Shown piece by piece: positions 1-7,673 of a DNA stretch of 25,453 nucleotides (its first letter is position 1; every line of letters begins with the position of its first letter). The stretch is from NCBI GenBank assembly GCA_051747585.1, contig JBNJGH010000042.1:1-25453 (forward strand), in the 5' to 3' direction. The notes beneath the pieces were generated by a model. That model searched no databases, was not told the origin of the DNA, and was given only the letters and a program-made list of their open reading frames with translations. The DNA is from Candidatus Rifleibacteriota bacterium (GTDB taxonomy: Bacteria > Muiribacteriota > Ozemobacteria > Ozemobacterales > Ozemobacteraceae). The translations under genes were made by a program, and so were the position numbers.

Positions 1-35
1 CCAGTGCTTTTCTGAATACTTATTGATAGACGGAA

Positions 36-85
36 AGCCGGACGGTGAAGCCGCCGGCTGATTGTCCAAAGGACAATCCACGGCT
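36..85. repeat. REP-like tandem GC-rich hairpins
   Basis: AGCCGG(36-41)/CCGGCT(54-59) stem with inner CGGT-GAA-GCCG, immediately followed by perfect GATTGTCC-AAA-GGACAATC (60-78) and CGGCT (81-85), which can alternatively pair with 36-40. Confidence 0.5.
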
Positions 86-105
86 GAAAAAGATTAAAAA
101 ATCGT

Positions 106-136
106 CTCGGTGCACTCTGTGCTCTCCGTGGTGAAA
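106..136. repeat. Short interspersed CTCTGTG-type repeat unit (minus strand TTTCACCACGGAGAGCACAGAGTGCACCGAG)
   Basis: Three 9-nt-spaced degenerate units CTCGGTG-CA/CTCTGTG-CT/CTCCGTG-GTGAAA; resembles an intergenic repeat family I recall near GxxExxY-type genes (recollection, not verified). Confidence 0.45.
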
Positions 137-273
137 ATTCGATATTTGACTGAAAGAAATAAAACCAGAACTTTTGAAAACTAGCTAATAACGGTTCACC
201 GAGAATTGCTGATAAAAATAAGAGAATTCCTGGTATGCTGTCGGAGTCGGGACTTGGGATTAAAATAAGAGAT

Positions 274-1104
274 TCAGCTTTGAGTTTCAAGGTTGAGGTT
301 CTGGGTATCAGCCTTATTTGTTTGTTTTTTCGCTTTATCTTCGGGGTTTGAAGTTTTGTTTTCAAGATTCCAGGTTTCAACTTGTTCCAGAAAAATTCTA
401 ACCTCTTTATTGCAGATAACTAACTCGGGAATTTTTGGCAAAATAATATAAACCATTAAAATTGATGACCATAATAAGAAAGTTGCCGAATCTTGTGCCG
501 GGTTGGGCGAATAATTTACCAGAAGGTTTATTAAAGAAGCTACCCAGATTGAAGGCAAAAGATTTCTTAAAACCAGAGCGGTTAATACGGAAATTTTAAA
601 TAACGGATGAATTCCGTGTCGGGCTGCAGATAACAAGTCAATTGTTCTTAACGGGTAAGCATTATAAAGCCTGGCCCAAAATTCAAAAGCAGGTTGAGGT
701 GTCTTTAAATTAGATATTTTTGCTTTTAGTTTGTCTGGAATATTTTTGCTCCAGTTACGTTTATCTGCAAGAAAAGTTGCAATAATTGATGCATTGAGTT
801 GTGCTATAATAACTGTAAAGAAAGCAATTACAAATCCTTGAGTTAGAAACAGGGGTGTAAATAGAAGAATGGTAGGTACACCCATCAGTAGTAGCAAGAA
901 TATTCCTGCATAAATGATCAGCCAGATGTACGGAGGAAGAAAATCGGCATAAACAGCTGCGCTGGTAAGAGTATTTTTTAAAACGGCCTGACTTATACCA
1001 TCCGGGTGGCTTGAAGTAACCAAACCGTATATAATTAAGGTCGCCAGAGCAAACAAGACAAAACTTGCCCAACGAACCATTATTTGCTTGTTATATGTAT
1101 ACAT
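274..1104 (-). CDS. Integral membrane protein, degenerate VTT/DedA (TVP38/TMEM64-like) family
   Basis: About 5-6 hydrophobic segments; GVPTILLFTPLFLTQGFVIAFFTVIIAQLNASIIATFLA and ARLYNAYPLRTIDLLSAA resemble VTT-domain motifs. Start uncertain (GTG 1110, ATG 1104 or ATG 1080). Confidence 0.6.
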   Translation of the reverse strand: MYTYNKQIMVRWASFVLFALATLIIYGLVTSSHPDGISQAVLKNTLTSAAVYADFLPPYIWLIIYAGIFLLLLMGVPTILLFTPLFLTQGFVIAFFTVIIAQLNASIIATFLADKRNWSKNIPDKLKAKISNLKTPQPAFEFWARLYNAYPLRTIDLLSAARHGIHPLFKISVLTALVLRNLLPSIWVASLINLLVNYSPNPAQDSATFLLWSSILMVYIILPKIPELVICNKEVRIFLEQVETWNLENKTSNPEDKAKKQTNKADTQNLNLETQS

Positions 1105-1263
1105 GTGCACGATATATATTTAAAGTTGAAGAAAAATCAAGATAATTTGTTTGTTGTTAAAGTTAAACATTTGTGATAACGTATAATTGGAAATTCCTTC
1201 CCGAAAGTAACAGAAGATATTACAGGAAGAATTTTAAGTCTCCAGGGAGCTTAAACATCAGTT

Positions 1264-1614
1264 ATGTCAGAAGAATTTTCTCTAACGCATCAGGTCGATG
1301 GTTCTGTATTAATCATTCGTACCAATGGATACTTGAATGATCTGGGAGCTGAGCAGGTTGATGAAATTTGCTCTGAACATCTTGAAAAAGATATTAATAA
1401 AATTGTAATCAATCTTGAGCAGTCTCCGTTGATAAATAGTATCGGAATTTCAATTCTTATTGGTGTCATTGAGGCTATTGAAGAGTGTGAAGGCTCTCTG
1501 GCTTTTACTAATTTAACGCCTACCAATAAAAAAACCTTTGAAATGATGGGTTTGTTGCAATTTGCTGAAGCTTTTGATACGGAACAAGAGGCTGTTAACA
1601 AATTTAAGGGTTAG
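1264..1614 (+). CDS. STAS-domain anti-sigma factor antagonist (RsbV/SpoIIAA-like)
   Basis: 116 aa; IVINLEQSPLINSIGISILI carries the phosphorylatable-Ser motif; C-terminal FEMMGL...F.TEQEA is typical of STAS; GGGAG at 1245-1249. Confidence 0.92.
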   Translation: MSEEFSLTHQVDGSVLIIRTNGYLNDLGAEQVDEICSEHLEKDINKIVINLEQSPLINSIGISILIGVIEAIEECEGSLAFTNLTPTNKKTFEMMGLLQFAEAFDTEQEAVNKFKG

Positions 1615-1622
1615 TAACCGCT

Positions 1623-3200
1623 ATGTCAGAACAGTTGTCTGCTTTAGAACAGAAAATGCAGCAACAGGTGCTGCGGTATGAGTACGTTCTAGAAGCATTG
1701 AGCGATATTGGTGATGAGCTTTGCAGAGTCACCAGTTTTGAAGCGCAACTAAAGTCGCTTCTTCACCTCCTCCTTGGAACACTGGGTGTTCGAAAAGGGG
1801 GAATTTTTCTTTTTAAGAATAATAATGAAAATGTAACCTTAAAATGTTCCTGGAAACTCGCGCTAAAGAAGGCTGATTATGAAGTAAGCCAGCAAGAAGT
1901 TGACGAGCTTGAAAAAGTTTCTAAAGACCTGACTTTTAAAATTGAGGAATTTCCCTATCTAAAAAATATTCTCGAAGATTTTTCTAAAGATGATCTCGAC
2001 AGCCTGAGTATTTTAAAAGTTCGAGACAAGCTGATAGGTTTTCTGGTTGTTGGTCATAAACTTAAGAGTGTAGCTCTCAACGACAGAGAGATGAGTTTTC
2101 TTACTACTCTTTCCCGTAATATTGCCGTTGCAATCAATAATTATCTACTTTTAGCAGAGCTGCGTGAAGCCAATTCCAGACTCGATGAAAAAATTCAGGA
2201 AGTGAGTATCCTTTATCAGGCTTCCCAGATGATATCATCCGAGATTCAAATTCAGGCACTTTTAGATATGGCGATGAGCGCTATCTCTGAAATTACGGAA
2301 ATAGAACGTGGGTCAGCCTGGCTTTATGATGAAGAGCAGAAATTATTTAATCTCACCAGCCATCTCGGCCGAGCAAATGATTTACCTGATAACCTGGGCA
2401 TGGGTGATTCAGCTGTATTAGCCCATGCATTTAAACAAAAAGATTATTTCAGCTTCGAAAAAGATAAAGACGACCCTTTTTCTTTGATGCGTTCAGATGA
2501 AAAAGTATTCGGACATGCCTTTGTAGTTGTTCCAATACTGCACCAGGGAGAATTCCTCGGGCTTGTTCATTTGTGCGGTAATCCTGAAGGCGGTGGTTTT
2601 ACTGCCCGCGATCTTAAATTGATCAAAGTTTTTGCAGTACAACTTGGTGCTGCGGTTAAAAATGCTCAGCTTTATGAGCAGGCAATTACCGATGGCATGA
2701 CCAAGCTTTATCTTCATAAATATTTCAAACAGCGGCTTCATGATGAGATCAAGCGTGCTGCACGATTTAAGCGTAGCCTGGCGTTAATAATGGTAGACAT
2801 TGATCATTTCAAGAGTTTAAACGATAATTATGGACACCAGGCAGGCGATGAAGTTCTTATACATGTGGCGGCAATTTTGCGAAGAGCATTAAGAACTCAT
2901 GACTTGCCTGTAAGATACGGTGGTGAAGAATTTGCCCTGGTTCTGCCGGAAACCGATATTACAGGAGCGGTTGCTGTAGCAGAAAGAGTAAGAAAATCAA
3001 TTCAGGATGATCATCTTGAAGTTGATGGAGTGGTTTTAAAAATTACTGCCAGTTTTGGTGTTTCTGTTTTTCCCGATAGTGCAGATGATATGGATTCGCT
3101 TATTAAAGCAGCTGATGTTTCACTTTACTGGTCAAAGGAACATGGTAGAAATCAGGTTACAGCAGCTCCAAGCAAAACTGCCAGAACAGCAGATACATAA
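1623..3200 (+). CDS. GAF-GAF-GGDEF diguanylate cyclase
   Basis: AITDGMTKLY, IMVDIDHFKSLNDNYGHQAGDEVL, intact RYGGEEF active site with RTHD (RxxD) I-site; two GAF-like repeats ending in LSRNIAVAINN and FAVQLGAAVKNAQLY; no TM helix. Confidence 0.93.
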   Translation: MSEQLSALEQKMQQQVLRYEYVLEALSDIGDELCRVTSFEAQLKSLLHLLLGTLGVRKGGIFLFKNNNENVTLKCSWKLALKKADYEVSQQEVDELEKVSKDLTFKIEEFPYLKNILEDFSKDDLDSLSILKVRDKLIGFLVVGHKLKSVALNDREMSFLTTLSRNIAVAINNYLLLAELREANSRLDEKIQEVSILYQASQMISSEIQIQALLDMAMSAISEITEIERGSAWLYDEEQKLFNLTSHLGRANDLPDNLGMGDSAVLAHAFKQKDYFSFEKDKDDPFSLMRSDEKVFGHAFVVVPILHQGEFLGLVHLCGNPEGGGFTARDLKLIKVFAVQLGAAVKNAQLYEQAITDGMTKLYLHKYFKQRLHDEIKRAARFKRSLALIMVDIDHFKSLNDNYGHQAGDEVLIHVAAILRRALRTHDLPVRYGGEEFALVLPETDITGAVAVAERVRKSIQDDHLEVDGVVLKITASFGVSVFPDSADDMDSLIKAADVSLYWSKEHGRNQVTAAPSKTARTADT

Positions 3201-3202
3201 TT

Positions 3203-3868
3203 TTATATTACCGGATTTTTCTCTTCTTTTTTTATTAACATTATCTTGCTGTTACTGGGTGTAAGCTCGTCTTTTATTATTTCCCAGCCATTTGCCGGAA
3301 GAACCGCAAGTTCATCAGGTTTAAAGGGTCTTACCAGCATACCTTTTTGTGTGCCTTTTAAAAACACGATCGAGCCATCGTCTTTGCTTACAGCACCGGG
3401 CTCATTTAAACTTTCCGAGAAAGAATCCATGGTAAAAAGCATTACACCTTCGGGTTTTAAGATTCGATAGACTTCTTTAAACGCAGACTCAAGCCCGGCT
3501 TTATCAAGATGGTCAAGCAGATGATGGGCAAGAATACCATCAATTGAAGAATTTCTTAATGGAAGATTGCGGGCATCGGCATTAATTGCATGGCCTTTAA
3601 GGCTTTCTTCAAAAAAGTTATTGTTCATTACTTTTACAGCTTTAAGAGAAAAATCCAGACCGATAATATTGTAGCCAACCTGGCTTAGATAGAGGCTGTT
3701 TCGTCCCTCTCCGCAGCCAAGGTCAAGTATTGTTCCTTTGCGTGGTACATAGTTGAATAAATGCTGAACCAGCTTTGCCGAAGGGGCAATCATTCCATGA
3801 TATTTGAGGAATCGAGACCAGGTTTTATCCCAGAAATTTCGGGCCTGTATTTCGATTTTACTTTCCAT
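3203..3868 (-). CDS. Class I SAM-dependent methyltransferase
   Basis: ILDLGCGEGRN motif I, GLDFS, ADARNLP, EVYRILKPEG. Start placed at ATG 3868 (AAGGA upstream), overlapping the phosphatase stop codon. Confidence 0.9.
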   Translation of the reverse strand: MESKIEIQARNFWDKTWSRFLKYHGMIAPSAKLVQHLFNYVPRKGTILDLGCGEGRNSLYLSQVGYNIIGLDFSLKAVKVMNNNFFEESLKGHAINADARNLPLRNSSIDGILAHHLLDHLDKAGLESAFKEVYRILKPEGVMLFTMDSFSESLNEPGAVSKDDGSIVFLKGTQKGMLVRPFKPDELAVLPANGWEIIKDELTPSNSKIMLIKKEEKNPVI

Positions 3869-6539
3869 TATTTTTTCCTTTAAATTCAATTGAAACCGCA
3901 GTTATGTCGTCGTGCTGATCTGCGTTCTCGCTGAACTTTTTAAGAACCTCTTCAAGGGCTTTAGCCGGGTTGGAAGGTCTCGGCCTGGCAAGAAACTTCT
4001 TGAGAAGGCCTGTGCCAAATTCTTCTTCGTCTGCGTTACGCGCTTCTGTTACTCCATCTGTATATAGGAATAACATATCATTGCTTTTCATTTTGAACTT
4101 TATATTTTCATACTCATAATTGTCAAGGATACCAAGTGGCATACAGCTTACATTTTTCTCATGTAATGAAAGCTCCATGCCTCTTCCTGAGACAACAAAG
4201 GCCGGGTTATGGCCTGCACTTGAAAGTTCAACTTCACCAGTCTCTGAATTAATTATAACGTACATTGCCGTTATGAATCGATCGGGGGTAATATTTCTGG
4301 CAATTACCTGGTTCGCTCTGTTTAAAACCTGCGCCGGGTTTAGCTTTTCGAGCTGCATGGTGGAGAGAGTTGTTTTAAAAACGGTCATAATAATTGCTGC
4401 AGGAACATTTTTGCCTGAGGCGTCTGCTATAACAACTCCAAAACGGTTTTTGTCGAGAACAAAAAAGTCATAAAAATCTCCGCCTACTTCTGCTGCAGAT
4501 TTACAGATTTTGGAAATTTTAAGATTAGTTACCTTGGGTATGCTTTGAGGTAACAGGTTTTCTTGAATTTCCTTGGCCATATCGAGCTGATCATCGAGAA
4601 TTCGTTTAATATCGCGTTCGTAAAGCAAATTGTCGGTTTCTATAATAGAAGCAAGCTGGCTGGCAATAATTTGAATAAAGAAAATATCCTGCCAGGAAAG
4701 TTTTACCTCTGGGTCAACAAAATAAATAAATAGCATTCCCAGCTGCTTTTGATCTTCTTCGACATCTTGAACTGGCAGATTCAAAGGTTCGGTAAAAAGG
4801 CTGCCTGATAAGGCTTTTTCATATTTTCGTTTGGTCAGGGTCGGTAAATCATTTAGCTTTACGGGTGAATAGACCGCCTGATAAAAACTGTTTTCGTCGC
4901 TGGCGGTTTTTATACCTGTGCTGTCATCATAAAAATATCCGGTCAGTCCTTCATCAAAGGGGATAATTTCTTCGTCTGATTGCGAAGAATCATCGGGGTT
5001 CCAGCCAACCGATCTACAATAAGGTATAAATTCGGGGCTTTTGCAGAAATTTTCAGAAAATTCAGGGTCACCAAGTCTTTTATAGTAAATAAGTTTATCC
5101 TGTTTTTCAGGGTTAATTATTTTTTCTTTTTTTACCATGACTTTTAATAAATCAATATGAGGGCACTTGGTGATCAGCTGATCCAATATAAAATCGACCG
5201 CTTTTTCCAGTCTTTCCTGGGGGTTGACCTTACTGGCTTTCATTTGGTGAAGATCGCGATAAACCTGGGCAAGACTGTGAATCGATTCAAGATAACTGCG
5301 ATTGACATCAGCCTGTTTGTTGAGTTTTTCGCTCATCATTTGAAATGCACGGGCCAGAGAATCAATTTCTTCGGTATTACTTTTGCTGATCAGCGAAATA
5401 TGGTCCCCGAGTTTGAAATTTTCGATCTGGCGGTTAAGTTCTTTTAATGGTCCGCCAATTTTAGCCGGAATTGAAATATTGAGATAAATTCCTGCGAGAA
5501 GAACGAGTACGAGAAATGCAAGAATAAGTTTATGATTGCTGGCGGCATGGCTTTTTATTTTATCTGATATGGCAAAAATCTGCTTCCAGTAAAATTCTGA
5601 TTCTTCATTTGCTTTGCTTACAGCTTTCTGACTGAGAGTTTCGAGCTTTGTTAATTTGTTTTTAAGTTTGTCTTCAATTTCCATTAAATCGCCTGCCGGT
5701 GCCTCCAGTATATTGCGCAGGTTTTGAAATGATCGATGAAAGTCCAGTATTCTACCTTTGACTTTGCTGATGACTCTTTTATGAAGGGGAGTTGAGCTTT
5801 CTTTAAGGGATTTTTCCAGAAGAAAAATAATAGCTCTAAGACGGTTTTCAACTCGCGAAGCTGCTTTCTTACCTGAATTTGGGTCAAAAGAGGCCGAATT
5901 ATCGCTGTCTTTCTGGCTTAAATAAAGGGCAATTTCGCTTTCTGCCAGTAGCAGATCTTTTTCGATACGGGTAATTTTTTCCATCAGTGAAGATGTTCTA
6001 CCAAGAGATTCTTGAAAATCCGGATTTTTTAAAGTTGAGTTGAAATCCTGCAGCATTCTTTTAAAACGATTTAACAGGCTGACTACTTCGGATTTTAAGC
6101 CTTGAGCAGCTTTATGTCTTTCACGTATCTGCTTGTGAGAAATGCGGTTGCGATTTGCTCTTAAAAGATAATAGGAATCAAGTTGGGCGCTAAAGCTGCC
6201 GCAAAAGTTCTGAATTGTATATAACTGCTGTTTGCGCTCTTTTCGTTTAACCAGGTTTTCAAGCCGAAGCAGAAGGCCGTCAAGGTTTTCTAAATCTTTT
6301 TTGTATTTCTCTGAGGTTATAGATGAGTAGTCTGAATAATCATTTTCAGCTTGTTTATGTGTGTTGTTCCATTGATCGGCAAATCTTTGGTAAATGCGTG
6401 CAATACTTACGTTTCTAGGTAAAACTGTAGTCACAAAACTATCAATGTCAAAATATGACATTGAAGTGAGTGCCATAAAAATTACAATGACACCAAGGAC
6501 GACCGAAATGCCTTTTGTCAGTCGCCTTTGCAGGCTCAT
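3858..6539 (-). CDS. Membrane sensor PP2C/SpoIIE (RsbU-like) Ser/Thr phosphatase: TM - helical extracytoplasmic domain - TM - HAMP - GAF-like - PP2C
   Basis: Two TM segments; HAMP (PLKELNRQIE...EEIDSLARAFQMMSEKL); AKEIQENLLP, VGGDFYD, IADASGK, SAGHNP, YTDGVTEA and HDDIT PP2C motifs. Confidence 0.9.
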   Translation of the reverse strand: MSLQRRLTKGISVVLGVIVIFMALTSMSYFDIDSFVTTVLPRNVSIARIYQRFADQWNNTHKQAENDYSDYSSITSEKYKKDLENLDGLLLRLENLVKRKERKQQLYTIQNFCGSFSAQLDSYYLLRANRNRISHKQIRERHKAAQGLKSEVVSLLNRFKRMLQDFNSTLKNPDFQESLGRTSSLMEKITRIEKDLLLAESEIALYLSQKDSDNSASFDPNSGKKAASRVENRLRAIIFLLEKSLKESSTPLHKRVISKVKGRILDFHRSFQNLRNILEAPAGDLMEIEDKLKNKLTKLETLSQKAVSKANEESEFYWKQIFAISDKIKSHAASNHKLILAFLVLVLLAGIYLNISIPAKIGGPLKELNRQIENFKLGDHISLISKSNTEEIDSLARAFQMMSEKLNKQADVNRSYLESIHSLAQVYRDLHQMKASKVNPQERLEKAVDFILDQLITKCPHIDLLKVMVKKEKIINPEKQDKLIYYKRLGDPEFSENFCKSPEFIPYCRSVGWNPDDSSQSDEEIIPFDEGLTGYFYDDSTGIKTASDENSFYQAVYSPVKLNDLPTLTKRKYEKALSGSLFTEPLNLPVQDVEEDQKQLGMLFIYFVDPEVKLSWQDIFFIQIIASQLASIIETDNLLYERDIKRILDDQLDMAKEIQENLLPQSIPKVTNLKISKICKSAAEVGGDFYDFFVLDKNRFGVVIADASGKNVPAAIIMTVFKTTLSTMQLEKLNPAQVLNRANQVIARNITPDRFITAMYVIINSETGEVELSSAGHNPAFVVSGRGMELSLHEKNVSCMPLGILDNYEYENIKFKMKSNDMLFLYTDGVTEARNADEEEFGTGLLKKFLARPRPSNPAKALEEVLKKFSENADQHDDITAVSIEFKGKNNGK

Positions 6540-6560
6540 TAGCTAATTCTCCGGAAAATG

Positions 6561-7646
6561 TTAAACATTAAATCTGAAGTTAATAATATCTCCATCCTTA
6601 ACAATATACTCTTTTCCTTCGAGTCTTGAAAGGCCGGCTGATTTAACTTCTGCCATAGTGCCGTGTTCGACAAAGTCATTATAAGCAACCACTTCTGCTC
6701 TAATAAAACCTCGTTCTATATCTGAGTGAATTTTACCGGCTGCTTTCTGAGCAATTGTGCCCTTTTGAATCGGCCAGGCTCTTACCTCGTCTTCTCCGAC
6801 CGTAAAAAAGCTGATATAGTTAAGAATTTCATAGGCACTGTTGATAAGGCGGCTGCGCCCTGACTCGGTCATACCAAACTCTTCAAGAAAAGCGCTTTCT
6901 TCTTCAGGTGAGAGGTCAGAAATTTCCATTTCAGTCTGGGCGGATATAAGAATGGGTTGCCAGTTTTTATTTTTGCAGAATTCGTTAAAATCTTTTACGA
7001 TTTGATCATTGTTGTCGGCAAATTGTTCATCAGAGCAGTTGCCAACAATTAACAGGGGCTTGAGAGTAAGAAAGCGAAAACCTTTAAGACTTTGCAACTC
7101 TTCTTCGGCAAGTTCAATTTCAGACAAAAATTTGTTGTCTTCAAGAGTTTTCACCAGTTTTTGCATAAGTTCCAGCTCACGCATTTGTTCAGGCTTTTTG
7201 CCTGCTTTCATTTCTTTATTCAGACGCTCTATTTTGTTGTTAACTATTTCAAGGTCGCTGAAAATAAATTCGAGGCATAATTCTTCCAGATCAGATGCAG
7301 GGTCGATTTTATTGTGAATATGCGGCACTTCTTCACCGGGAAAAAGTCTTATTACAAGCATCAAAGCATCGCAAGTTCTAATATTGGCAAGAGTTTTGCT
7401 CGCCGATTTATTGTCATCATGACTGATTCCAGGAATATCGGTAAATTCTACTGTGGCATAAATCGTTTTTCTGGGTTTGTAAATTCCGGTCAGAAAGTCA
7501 ATGCGATCATCGGGTACCTTTATAATACCATTGTTGATTTCATCGGTTTGGACCAGATAATCTCTGGTTTGAGCTTTTGCTCTCGTAGCCATGTTAAAAA
7601 TGCTGGTTTTTCCAGACATTGGTAAACCTGCAAGTCCGATTTTCAT
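6561..7646 (-). CDS. ychF: Redox-regulated ribosome-binding ATPase YchF (Obg family)
   Basis: P-loop GLPMSGKT, VPDDR, DIPG; C-terminal TGS with FFTVGEDEVRAW, AGKIHSDIERGFIRAEV, EGKEYIVKDGDIINFRFNV. Confidence 0.93.
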   Translation of the reverse strand: MKIGLAGLPMSGKTSIFNMATRAKAQTRDYLVQTDEINNGIIKVPDDRIDFLTGIYKPRKTIYATVEFTDIPGISHDDNKSASKTLANIRTCDALMLVIRLFPGEEVPHIHNKIDPASDLEELCLEFIFSDLEIVNNKIERLNKEMKAGKKPEQMRELELMQKLVKTLEDNKFLSEIELAEEELQSLKGFRFLTLKPLLIVGNCSDEQFADNNDQIVKDFNEFCKNKNWQPILISAQTEMEISDLSPEEESAFLEEFGMTESGRSRLINSAYEILNYISFFTVGEDEVRAWPIQKGTIAQKAAGKIHSDIERGFIRAEVVAYNDFVEHGTMAEVKSAGLSRLEGKEYIVKDGDIINFRFNV

Positions 7647-7673
7647 TTTACGCTCCTGTTTCTTTGGTGCAAT

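Noticed and set aside
231..258. TGGT...GTCGGAGTCGGGACTTG resembling the reverse complement of a tRNA 3' end (att site)
   Set aside because: No TTCRA T-loop or acceptor pairing and no integrase in view; the similarity is too weak.
1188..1260. c-di-GMP riboswitch upstream of the STAS-DGC operon
   Set aside because: CGAAAG is present, but the GGCAAA..GAAA..GGRCGCAAAGC consensus and P2/P3 architecture are not.
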